Of a stretch of 64,000 nt of DNA, positions 47,728 to 58,787 are shown piece after piece. The notes beneath the pieces are model-generated. The model had not been told where the DNA came from. It worked only from the letters and a program-made list of their open reading frames with translations, and did no database searches. The translations under genes were made by a program, and so were the position numbers. Source of the stretch: Selaginella moellendorffii (taxonomy: Eukaryota > Plantae > Lycopodiophyta); NCBI RefSeq assembly GCF_000143415.4, contig NW_003314278.1:2376408-2440407 (forward strand), given 5' to 3'. How positions within the stretch are numbered: position 1 is the first letter of the stretch; each line of letters opens with the position of its first letter.

Positions 47728-49848
47728 ATGAATGACCAGGTGGCCTTACTGAAAGCATATGCCCGCAATGGGCATATTGCACAAGCAGAGAAGATTCTCT
47801 ATGCAATGCCCGAGTGGAATCTTCTTGCCTGGACCACGCTGCTGGCCGCAAGTGTCCAGGCTGGGAATCTCAAAGAATGTAAAAGGATCTTTGAGGAGAC
47901 TCCACGAAGGGACATAGCGCTCTGGAACGTAATGCTTGCAGCATACACTCACACTGGGAATCTTGGTGAAGCAAAGGTCTTCTTTGATTCTATGCCTTGT
48001 TGGAATCTTCTCTCCTGGACAATACTTCTTGTGGGATACGCCCAAAATGGGTTTGTCACACAAGCCCGGAGAATGTTTGACAGGATGACTAACAGAAATC
48101 TCGTGACATGGAATGCACTGCTCTGGGCTTACGCACAAAACGGCGACTTAGGCAGTGCGACTTCCATCTTTAAAATCATGCCTCAGTACGACATAGTTTC
48201 ATATAACACAGCTCTTTCGGAAATTGCCCAAAAGGGGCATATTGAGGATACAAAGAAACTTTATAATGTATTGCCAGAGTGGAACGTCATCACCTATAAC
48301 ATTATGTTAGCTGCATATGAAACAAAAGGGCTTGTGGATGAAATTGAGAAAATGCTAGGAGAAATGCCCGAACGAGACCTTGTATCATATACCACACTTT
48401 TATCAGCTTATGCCCAAGTGGGGAATGTGAAATATACTCAGCTACTCTTTGATTGCATGCCACAACACAATTTAGTGTCATGGAATGTGCTTATGGCTGC
48501 TTGTGTCTGTCACGGTGATTTTGGTCTTTGCAAAAGCGTTTTTGATGCAATGCCCGAGCTGAACTTGGTATCTTGGAACTCAATGGTATCAGCCTATGCA
48601 GAAAGTGGTTATCTCATCCAGGCAAAACACGTACTATCTGTGATGCCAGCTTGGGACTGCGTATCGTGGACCACCTTGCTGGTAGCTTATTCCCAATACG
48701 GGTATCTTGATATTGCAAAAGCCTTGTTTGACCAGATACCCGAAAAGGATACCATTTGCTGGAACGCAATGGCGTCTGCATATGCCCAATCTGGGCATCT
48801 TCAAGAGGCCAAACAAATGATGGACTTGTGTCCGTATGTAAGTGTGCCGTCGTACAACACGGTTCTTGCTGGCTATTCCGGCACCCCTCACGTCCAAGAG
48901 GCAAAGCAGGTGTTCGATTCCATGCACTACCGCAATCTGGTTTCATGGTTGACAATGCTGTCGATGTACACACAAAGCGATAGCATCAGAGAGGCCAGGC
49001 ACCTGTTTGGTGAAATGCCCGAGAGAAACTTGGCCGCGTTCCACATCATGCTGGGGGCATTTGCCAGAAAGGAACTCCTGGAAGACGCCAAGAGTATCTA
49101 TGATAAAATTCCCGAGAAGACCATAGAATCGTGGTGTCTACTGGTGGCAGGATTCTCTCAACACGGGCATTTCATCTGCATAGATCCTCAGTACTTCGAG
49201 CAAGTTGACGATGCCGTTCGCAACCATGAGATGTTTAAAGCATATGCCCAGATTCGGCATCCTCACAAGAGCAAACACTATTTTGATCACTTGCAGACCA
49301 GAGATTCCGACACGTGGACGCAGATGCTGGTCGTGTACGGATACAACGGCCAGGTGGCAGAATCGGAGCGGCTGTTTTCCGCAATGCCCGAGCACGAAGA
49401 AGTAAGTTGGAGCACCATGCTTCTAGCATATGCCCAGAACGGGCATTTTGAAAAGGTGGTGGATTTGTATTACAGACTTGTGATGGTCACGAATCCCCGG
49501 CTGGTTTGCTTCGTGTCGGTGTTGGTCGCTTGCAGCCGCAAAGGAGACGTGGAATCTGGACGGCAGTGCTTTGGCTCGATCAAGTCTGACTTTGGCCTTG
49601 ACTACTCCAAGCAGCACTACAGTTGCATGCTGGATCTCTTGACGCGAGCTGGGCGGTTCCAAGACGCGACGGACCTCATCAGCAGCATGCCTTTCGAGCC
49701 GAGCGATGTGGAATGGAGATGCCTGCTCGCGGCTTGCAGATGCCGTGGCCACAGCGCGCTTGAAGCTCGAGGAACAGTGGGAAATGCCCTGGATACTGGA
49801 TCGACAGACTCGTCGACTTATGTTCTGGCAGCCAACGTCGTGTGTTGA
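47728..49848 (+). CDS. PLS-class PPR protein (long S-type array, partial E domain)
   Basis: 706-aa intronless ORF of ~31-aa repeats; HYSCMLDLLTRAG..MPFEP..W; no evident transit peptide. Confidence 0.9.
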   Translation: MNDQVALLKAYARNGHIAQAEKILYAMPEWNLLAWTTLLAASVQAGNLKECKRIFEETPRRDIALWNVMLAAYTHTGNLGEAKVFFDSMPCWNLLSWTILLVGYAQNGFVTQARRMFDRMTNRNLVTWNALLWAYAQNGDLGSATSIFKIMPQYDIVSYNTALSEIAQKGHIEDTKKLYNVLPEWNVITYNIMLAAYETKGLVDEIEKMLGEMPERDLVSYTTLLSAYAQVGNVKYTQLLFDCMPQHNLVSWNVLMAACVCHGDFGLCKSVFDAMPELNLVSWNSMVSAYAESGYLIQAKHVLSVMPAWDCVSWTTLLVAYSQYGYLDIAKALFDQIPEKDTICWNAMASAYAQSGHLQEAKQMMDLCPYVSVPSYNTVLAGYSGTPHVQEAKQVFDSMHYRNLVSWLTMLSMYTQSDSIREARHLFGEMPERNLAAFHIMLGAFARKELLEDAKSIYDKIPEKTIESWCLLVAGFSQHGHFICIDPQYFEQVDDAVRNHEMFKAYAQIRHPHKSKHYFDHLQTRDSDTWTQMLVVYGYNGQVAESERLFSAMPEHEEVSWSTMLLAYAQNGHFEKVVDLYYRLVMVTNPRLVCFVSVLVACSRKGDVESGRQCFGSIKSDFGLDYSKQHYSCMLDLLTRAGRFQDATDLISSMPFEPSDVEWRCLLAACRCRGHSALEARGTVGNALDTGSTDSSTYVLAANVVC

Positions 49849-50337
49849 TGGAGAGCTCTGGAAACAAAGACAAACACTGTTTGTGTCAGCCATGGACATG
49901 AAAACAGTGCGCAAAGAGGACGTATCACCCCTTTGAAAGCTCCCCGGAGAAGACCGACAGGCCAAAACTTTGGTGGTGTTTGAGATTCGCAACACAGCTG
50001 AGGTAATCCTTGAGAGTTTTCCATATTTTTGCCGCTATGGCCCTGCTCAACAAGTGATTACATGATTGGCATTGTCGATAAAGTCTACCGTAAAACGTGA
50101 AAACTCCTCCACGTGGAGGGGCCGGCTCGTCGTCAACACGCTGTTGATCGCCGAATTGAATCTTCCGTCCCCTCATCAGTTCTTTTGCTTAAGACCTGAG
50201 AAAAGGAAAAATATGGTGCTGGGAGACGCGGCGAGCTTACAAAGACGATTGTCGAGTTAAGTACCTCTCTCAGTCGCAGCTTTAGATTATAGCATGGATA
50301 GATTTCTTGAGCCAGCCATCTATCTTCGTCTGAGGCG

Positions 50338-51651
50338 ATGATGCCGTCAAGAGCACAAGACAATCATACTAGATCAATGGCTGCCAGCAGCAGCAAGAAG
50401 AGATCCCTGGAACAGAAGAACGATGAGCAAAACAACTTAGAATTTGGGAACAGCATCGACACGGACCTCTCTGGTTGCTTCCAAAAGTTCATCGCGAACT
50501 CCGTCGACACGGCCGGATCAAGCAGCAGCACCAACTGGGCTCCAGAGCTCCTGCAAGAATGCGCAAAGGCAGTGGACGAGAAAGATGGCCCGAGAGTCCA
50601 GTATCTCATGTGGGTGCTCAACGAGCTCTCCTCTCCATACGGCAACACGGAGCAAAGGCTCGCGTCGGCATTCCTCCAGGCCCTCTTCGCAAAGCTGACG
50701 AGAAGAGGCGGCCAGCACTACCGGAGCCTGTGCAGCGCCGCCGCCAAGAGCCACTCCTTCGCGTCGATGAAGAAGATGGTGCTCAAGTTCCAGGAGCTGA
50801 GCCCCTGGATGACGGTGGGGATGGTGGCGGCCAACGGAGCCATCCTGGAAGCGCTCGAGGGCGAGCGGAGTGTCCACATTGTGGACGTGAGCAACACCTT
50901 TTGCACCCAGTGGCCGACGCTCTTCGAGGCGCTGGCGATGAGAGCCGAGCATCCTCCACACCTGCGGGTCACAACGCTGCGGCTTAGCTCCAGAGAGGAG
51001 GAAGAGAGCTCCGAGCAAGTCATGAGAGAGATCACTCACCGGCTAGAGAAATTCGCGCGGCTCATGGGAATCCCCTTCGAGTTCTCGGTGCTCGCCGCCG
51101 TGGAGACGGAGGAGATCAATCCGGCAATGCTGGAGACCCGGAGCAACGAGGTGCTCATCGTGAATGCCATGAATTTCTTCCAGCACCAGCGCCACGGCCG
51201 CCCCCTCGCTGTTCTAGCCCGGGCCGTAAACCCGAAGGCCGTGATCGTGGTGGAGGACGAGGTGGACCTCTCCTCTCCTCAATTCCTGACGCGCTTCGCC
51301 GAGGCGCAGCGATTCTACTCCATGTTCTTCGAATCCCTCGACAGCAGCTTCCCCAGGACGAGCGGCGAGAGGATGATGCTGGAGCGCGTCGCCGGTAGGC
51401 GAATCGTGGCGGCGCTAGGCTGCGATGACGATCCCGCTGCGGGTGCACGGGCGCCAGAAAAATGGAACCTGGCGATGCAACGCGAGGCATTCGTGCCCAA
51501 GCCCCTGAAATCCGAGGTCGTGGACGACATTCAGGCGCTGCTCAAGCGCTACAAACCTGGATGGGGCCTCCAGCGTTGTGACATTGGCCTTTTCTTGACG
51601 TGGAAGGAAGAGAACGCCATCGCTGTCACAGTGTGGAAGCAACAACCCTAG
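50338..51651 (+). CDS. GRAS transcription factor, SHORT-ROOT subfamily
   Basis: LMWVLNELSSPYG.EQRLAS.FLQALF, KFQELSPW, VHIVDVSNTFCTQWPTL. Confidence 0.92.
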   Translation: MMPSRAQDNHTRSMAASSSKKRSLEQKNDEQNNLEFGNSIDTDLSGCFQKFIANSVDTAGSSSSTNWAPELLQECAKAVDEKDGPRVQYLMWVLNELSSPYGNTEQRLASAFLQALFAKLTRRGGQHYRSLCSAAAKSHSFASMKKMVLKFQELSPWMTVGMVAANGAILEALEGERSVHIVDVSNTFCTQWPTLFEALAMRAEHPPHLRVTTLRLSSREEEESSEQVMREITHRLEKFARLMGIPFEFSVLAAVETEEINPAMLETRSNEVLIVNAMNFFQHQRHGRPLAVLARAVNPKAVIVVEDEVDLSSPQFLTRFAEAQRFYSMFFESLDSSFPRTSGERMMLERVAGRRIVAALGCDDDPAAGARAPEKWNLAMQREAFVPKPLKSEVVDDIQALLKRYKPGWGLQRCDIGLFLTWKEENAIAVTVWKQQP

Positions 51652-53521
51652 CGCGGGGAAGAAACCATTTTGAAATATTATTAAATTTTACTTAGTATTC
51701 ATTTAGACTTAGCTATTTAAAACTGACTTTTTACAGTTATGTTCATATCTACAATGTAGATTACTCTTGCTTTTATAAATTATAAACATGTTTATAATTT
51801 ATAAACAAATTATCTCTTGACATTCGTTGACGGTAATTTGCAATCCTTGTCCAAGATAGAGAACTGTCTAAACAAGAACAAAGTATATTTATGTGCTTGA
51901 TTCACCTAACAATTATATAAAACAGGGTCTCACGAGTCTGAGGAAGGGGAGTACTTGGGTCCTTTAACTCAGTGATTGTTTTCCTCAATGTATGCTATAC
52001 TTGCTGGCTTGTTCAAGTTTTAACATGCTAATTTGGCTTGCTGTTGCTTGGCAGAGTATCCATGGATCGTGTTTATTGAGCTTTGCATGCTCACTCTCTG
52101 TCTGTTAGGTGATGAGGCGACCTAGCTATTGAATTAGGGCTGACTGACTTGGTTGTCTATCCAAGCTGCAAACCCAGACTTGCCAAGTGTTTTTCTAGCT
52201 GGCTGACTAACCATTCCTTGGATTTGGAGAGCCAAGACTAGGGAATGTCTATAGTTATAGGATGAAACTTTAAATGCTTTCATCAGAAAAAAAAAAAAGA
52301 AAGAAAGTATTTTGTGCAGTGACTCGCAATCTTCCTTCGGAAGTTCCTTTGGGAGCAGCATGCCATTCGCCCCATATGATCCAAGTGGAGGCTAAATTAA
52401 AATAAGCTTCAACTGTGATGGAGTATGTCGGGAATTAGAGGGCTTTAGTTTACTTCTAGCTACACAAGTAGTGATTTGCAGTTCCAGCAAACGCTTCACA
52501 TATAAGATTTAAAAAAAGAGATGTAAGTTTACAAGTATAAAAGAAAAAATAAGAACTTACTATTGTAAAGATAGATGAAGCAGCAGGTAGGAAGTGCTGT
52601 TTAGATTCACTTCTTGATCTGGGAGAATCTTGGGAAGCGTTAGGATGTATGAAGCATGCAAGTTTGCGGCTTCCAGGATGTTTGGAGGCAAGTGTATAAT
52701 CTACTGGGCAAGGAAAAAAAATGCTTCCATGGATCATATGTGAATAATATTAAGCATGTAACACATAACAAGTAATTAGGTAATATAACAAATGATATGG
52801 TAAATGTGGATAAAAATAAATCAAACTTGTTAGAGCCATATTTATTTCCATATTAATAAAATGTTTAAGAATATAGTTTTAATATTATAATATATATTTT
52901 CACTTACTTAAAAAATTACTCAATTTTTTAATGCATCTATCAAGTTTTTCAAATTGGAAAAAATTAGTATTAAAAACTGAGCAACAAAAACTTTTTAGAA
53001 CCAATAAATCATTAAAGGTAAAACATTTAAATAGCAAAACCATAAATCAAAATATAAAGTTTATTTATAAGTATTTTATTTTTATTTATTTTAAAAAATC
53101 TTTTTTATATATATATAAATATAATTTTAACTAATCCTTGCCAAAAAATTTAACCATATTTTTTATTTTTATATTTATAGTTTATACTTTTTATAATCTA
53201 TTTTGTTTTTTATTGTATTATATTTTATATTTTACTGAGATTTACTTAATTTTTATCAGTTTAGTAACAAAACTCGTTTCTACATTTTTGTAAAGTAGTT
53301 TAAACTTAAATAGCCCTTCTTTAAAATATAGTATATAAAAATATTTACATTAAAATTTATAGCTTTCACCATACTTTCACTATTAACCATTATCAAAAGA
53401 AAAAGCATGAAGGGGTAGCTACCCACAACTCAACCCATGATATAATTTACAATTTAGGATAATAAAAGGTAATTCATGTTTTTAAAAATCAAAATTATGG
53501 CTGATTAACTCACTTTATATT

Positions 53522-53526
<5 letters not shown>

Positions 53527-53552
<26 letters not shown>

Positions 53553-53571
53553 CTATCTATCTATCTATCTA

Positions 53572-53604
<33 letters not shown>
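53527..53604. repeat. Compound microsatellite (ATGT)n(ATCT)n(AT)n in an AT-rich spacer
   Basis: Directly visible. Confidence 0.95.
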
Positions 53605-53606
<2 letters not shown>

Positions 53607-54189
53607 CTCTACACATAAAACGATAAGATTTTTCATTTGGATTTCAATTACTAATAAAGGAAATAAATAGTTAAAACAAGAACTATGCAAAATAGAACTC
53701 AAAAAGACTATATAAATATAGTATTCTTCTAAGTGGTTGAAATAACAATTGTACTTTTGTAATTTTGTATATAGTCCACCTATGTGGACACTTTCTCTCT
53801 AACCTCTTGCCTCTGGCTCAAGTACTCATTCTAGAGAACGCTTGTTGGCTTAACTGCCATTCTAGAATATTTCTACTTTTCACTCAACCCCAAGCGTTCT
53901 TCCAATAATTGAAACTTACAGTTAATGCTGGAAGATTAATCGGCACCACCTTGGCTAGAAACGACGTTCCAGCCCGATTGATATACGAGCCGGGGCAGAT
54001 AAGAAGGAAATTACTGTTCATCGAGATAGAGACGACGGGCATATTCTCCGGCGGCTGCATGGCCGCTGGCACGTGTCTGGCCAAGCTGGCTGGCGTCATT
54101 TGATTTTTTTTCCTTTGCGTCTATGCCTGTATGGAAAACACAGACAAGGCGAGTGTAGAACAAACACTGTTTTGTATTTTCACTCTCCA

Positions 54190-55723
54190 ATGGCGCACGA
54201 AGCGAGCATCAAGGTCGAGATTCCCAGCCGCCTCGAGGAGCTCTGGGAGCTCTCGCCTCACCTCCCATCTCCACAGCGATTAAACGCCGCATTCGACAGC
54301 ATCGCGGTCTCTTCCTTTCCCCCACTCGGAGAAGCCAAAGGTGAGCTCCTCTTTCTCTTCTTGATCTTGTTTTAGCTATTTTCTTCATCGCTGCGCAGTG
54401 ATCGAAATAGCATCAGACGCGAGCATTGCGGAAGCTGTCCAGATTCTAGCGAGGAACAACGTTTTGAGCGCACCGGTGAGAGATGTGGAGGCCCCCGACG
54501 ACGCGAGCTGGATCGATCGGTACATAGGAATCGTCGAGTTTGCTGGGATCATCTTGTGGCTGCTCCAACAGGTTGGTCTCTCCAACTTCTGTTCTTTTCG
54601 TTTTCCTATGGTTGTGATTTGAAGCTGTGAGTGTTCCAGTCCGGAGTGTCCTCTCCCAAGGCTAGTGCAAAGCTAGAAAATTTGCAAGCAGCGGCACTCG
54701 CATCTTCGGGGAGCTTTGGACGTACAGCTGTTCCAGAGCCGTATCCACCGGAAATTTTAGAAAGCGATTTCTTTGAAGAACTTACTTCCTCGTCCTGCTA
54801 CAATCAAAGCAAGGTCAGTCCAGCAAAACAAAGATCAAAGAAAAAGACTTACACGAGAAGTTTCAGGTGAAAGACATCGTTGGATCGTTTAGATGGGCTC
54901 CATTCCTCCCGGTGCAAAAATCCGACACTCTTCTCACAGTGCTACTGCTGCTGTCGAATTATCACATGAAAAGCCTCCCGGTTGTGGAATCTGGACGAGC
55001 AGAGATACAAGGTCTCATCACGCAATCAGCAGTAGTTCATGTTCTCTCGCAGTGCATTGGCATACCTTGGTTCGACAGCCTCGGTAAGCTGTCGTTAGCA
55101 CAGCTTGGCCTCCCATCGACAACATCAGCCAAAATGTTGAAGGCATGCCAACCATCTCCTTCTTTTATCTCCTTCGTCGTTGTACCAATCTCTTTCATAA
55201 ACTTTCCAGATCGTGGAAGACGAGCCAGTTCTTCGAGCGTTTCGAGTGATGCGGTACCACAACGTTGGCGGCTTGCCTGTCATCACAAAGTCTGACAACA
55301 AACCAATCGGTAACATCAGTATCAGAGACGTCCGGTTTCTACTTACAGCCCCACAAGTTTACAAATCTCACCGGTATAGTCTCGTTGTAGTTCTCCAGTG
55401 CCAAACTTAGCTTTCCTCTCTGCAGAACAATAACAGCGAAGGATTTCCTCCAAGTTACAAAGTCGATCTTGCAAAAAGACCAGCCTTCCTCACCGATCCT
55501 CCACCCTGTCATCGTTTGCACGTCGAGTGAGAGGCTCCAGGACGTGATCTCCAAGCTGGACAGGGCCCGAATCCACCGCATCTACGTCGTGGACAAGCAC
55601 GGCCACCTCGAAGGTGTGGTGACCTTGAGAGACATCATCTCCAAGTTCGTGGACGAGCCTCCGGGTTACTTTGGAGATTTCTTCGCCGGCGTAGTTCCTG
55701 CCACAAGAACTTGCAAAGTGTGA
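54190..55723 (+). CDS. CBS-domain protein, SnRK1 gamma-like (KING1 type, multi-exon)
   Basis: ILARNNVLSAPV, DRYIGIVEFAGI, SFRWAPFLPV, IHRIYVVD..GVVTLRDIISKFV.EP.GYFGDFF. Confidence 0.9.
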
Positions 55724-55903
55724 ATTCTTCCTGTCAGTTACAGAATGGTAAGAACATACCAGTGAAACAAACTTGGATCTCCCAAGTTCGTGCAGCAGCG
55801 TCCGGACGCTTTATTGTGTAGTTCCTGCCACAAGGAACTCAAACATGCTGTAAATCTGTAAGAACAAACCCAGTGAAAGACTTGGATGAGTAGAGGATTT
55901 GGT

Positions 55904-56656
55904 TTATTGCGCTGCTGCCTCTTTCAAGCAAGATCTCATAACATCGCCAATCTTGGCACAGGCATCCAAGCAGAGCTCCAGTGATTCCGAGGCCCTGGAG
56001 CTGGACCATTCCCCGGTCATGGTAACTTGCGTGATCTCTTTTCTGGAGGGCATATAAGCCACCATGAGACTACCATCCTCGCAATTCTCTTCGCTCGTCG
56101 AGGGATCCAACAGGACCTGGCCTTGGATACTACTGGCCGACACCGCTGCTACTAGATCATACAAGACGATCCCCGCGTCGGCTAGAGCGAGCGATGCGCA
56201 AGTGACGATCACCGGAAGATCGCCACCCCCGGATTGAAGAACAAGCGCGAAGACGTCGACAGTGGTCTTGGGGAACGTTCGAAGATCCACAGCGCCCACC
56301 ACAGACTTGTAGAGCATTGATGAGAGATCCCTCTCCTCGGCATTGGCAGCGCCCATCTTCCCTCTCACAGGCGTCGCGAAGGAGCAGTACTTGACGTTGC
56401 AATTGAGCCGCCCAGCGTCGCTGAATGCCTCGGCCTTCTTGCTCTCGCGAGGCCCAAACACGGACACGATCACCTTGGTGTCGCCCGACTCCGCGTAGGC
56501 CGATCCCGCCGCCGCCCGGACGGCGCCGGTGCGCAAGAATGCCGCGCGGCACATCTGTGCGTGGCGCCCGTCGATCCTCTCCCCATCGCTGGAAAATACG
56601 GGGGCGCGATGGGGCTCCTCCTCCAGCGCCTGCGTCGATCGCTGCTGCCGCGCCAT
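55904..56656 (-). CDS. Exosome RNase PH-family subunit (MTR3/RRP41-like), intronless
   Basis: GSAYAESGDTKVIVSVFGPRE, FPKTTVDVFALVLQSGG, SLALADAGIVLYDLV. Confidence 0.9.
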   Translation of the reverse strand: MARQQRSTQALEEEPHRAPVFSSDGERIDGRHAQMCRAAFLRTGAVRAAAGSAYAESGDTKVIVSVFGPRESKKAEAFSDAGRLNCNVKYCSFATPVRGKMGAANAEERDLSSMLYKSVVGAVDLRTFPKTTVDVFALVLQSGGGDLPVIVTCASLALADAGIVLYDLVAAVSASSIQGQVLLDPSTSEENCEDGSLMVAYMPSRKEITQVTMTGEWSSSRASESLELCLDACAKIGDVMRSCLKEAAAQ

Positions 56657-56861
56657 CTCTCCCGCGCGTGCTTAAACCCCAAGGCCCCAAGAACCCTAAA
56701 AATGTGAGAGTTTAGGGCTCTTGCGATGAAGACGACGAAAGCGGGGAATGTAGCTCTTTTGTTTCCTTGTGTAGCCGCCGGCCAAGCATGGAATTTAGGA
56801 TTTATACTGGAGTACCTCGCGGATTCGATGCACTCGTGTTGGGATCCCCAGATCCAGCTCC

Positions 56862-58502
56862 ATGGCTTCGCCAAGTTCTGGCTTGACCGCTGCCGTGGGG
56901 ATCTCCGTCCTGGCTTTCAGCTTCGTCTCGGCGATCATCGTGGTCGCGATTTATTGTCTCAAGAGGAGCTTCTCGCATAGATCAGAGCCGATCGGATTTA
57001 TTTCGCTGGAACAAGGTAGGCACTCTTTTCCCTTTCTTTCTCCATCTAAGTAGTGGAATGTTTTTCACCAGTTGCTTGGAAGAAGGAAGCTAACAGCATT
57101 GATGTTCCAACGCAAGCACGCCCCTTCCAGCTCCTGGAAATCAAAGTTGCTACCGAGAGCTTTAGCAGGAAGCTTGGAGAAGGAGGATTCGGGCCAGTTT
57201 ATCACGGGATTCTCCCGGACGGCCATGAAATCGCAGTGAAGGTCCAGTCCTATGATTCCAAGCAAGGAGCGAACGAGTTCTTCAACGAGGTAAGCCCTTT
57301 GAAACACTGTTCTTTGTTTTGCTCTTGTTACAGTGGTATCACTCCAGGTCCAACTCCTGTCAAGAGCTCACCATCGTCACGTCGTCTCGCTGGTTGGCTA
57401 CTGCCACGAAGCGAATTCTCGGATGCTAGTTTACGAGTATCTCTCTGGAGGAACGCTCGAAAGAAGCCTTCACGGTAAGATAGTTTACTCGTCATGAATC
57501 GACTGCCATTGTTCTGGAACTCCAGATATCAGCTCGAAGACACTCTTCTCTTGGAAAACCAGGCTGAAAATCGCGCTTGATGCTGCCAAAGGTACGTTTT
57601 CGTGCTGTCGATGTTTTCGAGGAGCTCATTCACTCTTGCAGGGATCGAGTACCTGCACTGCGGCTGCAATCCTCCAATCATCCACCGAGACTTGAAGAGC
57701 GGCAACATCCTCTTGACGAGCGCAATGCAAGCCAAGGTTGCGGACTTTGGCCTCTCAAAGCTGGTGGAGGGAAGTCGCATCTTTACAGCAGTCAAGGGTA
57801 CGTCAGGCTATGTCGATCCTGAGTATGTTCTTCATCTCTTCCCATGATCTATCTTTCTCTTTGCGATACTGATCATTCAATCGTATTTTGGATGACACAG
57901 GTACTATGAAACTCAAGAGCTAACACAAAAGAGCGATGTTTACAGCTTTGGGGTGGTGCTGCTGGAGATCATCTCCGGAAGAGAAGCTTTGATCGACACC
58001 CCCAAGCCTCGCAAACAGCTCAAACTCAGCGATTGGGTAACTAAGAATTTGTTCTTTCCTTCTTCCACTTTTTCCATCGCTATAGCCGAGTCGCTCTTTC
58101 TTCCAGGCCAGGGGCTTCTTGCTGGAGCGGCGAATCCACAAGATCATAGACCCCATCTTCGACGCTGTCTATAACATCGAATCCATCTGGAAAGCCGCGG
58201 AGCTCGCCATGTTTTGCGTGGAGCCTCGAGCTGTCCACAGGCCTGCAATGCCGGAAGTTGTCCAAGAGCTAAAGCAAGCGCTGGACATCGAGGAAGGGAG
58301 AATCACTGTAGCAACGATCGAGGCTGCGACGCCCACGCCCTTGGCTCCCGTCCAGGCCGCAAAACACCACCACGCGCGTTCCGAGCCAGTTTACTACCAT
58401 CAAAACACTCGAAACTTTAGCTTCGGAACTTCTGAAGACGAATCTTACAGCTTCTCGAATTTGCGAGAGGTAAAAACAACTGAAGGAGAAACAACAACTT
58501 AG
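56862..58502 (+). CDS. Receptor-like Ser/Thr kinase with an N-terminal TM segment and no ectodomain (multi-exon)
   Basis: [48 protein letters not shown]. Confidence 0.9.
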
Positions 58503-58787
58503 CTCGTAACAGTCGCTGGAAGAGTGAAGACCCGAGACCCAGGACTGAGAGAATGAACTTAACTAGGACGAAGCAGCGTGAAAGGTCGGACGAAAGAAGA
58601 TCAACATAGTAAACGTAGCTCTCGACTGAACGATGAGATCAAAGGAAGGAAAAAAAAACCAGAGAACTTAGCTGCAAGTGGAGAATGGAGATCGAACGGA
58701 AGAAGATCCATAGCAAAAGTAGTGAACTTAGCTCTGAACTGAAAGATCCGATCAAAGGAAGCAAAGAAAAAAAATAAACCAGAGCAC

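Noticed and set aside
49848-50260. DYW domain or extra gene after the second PPR
   Set aside because: No HxE/CxxC/DYW motifs, only short ORFs
52931-53134. 67-aa ORF
   Set aside because: Low-complexity AT-rich sequence
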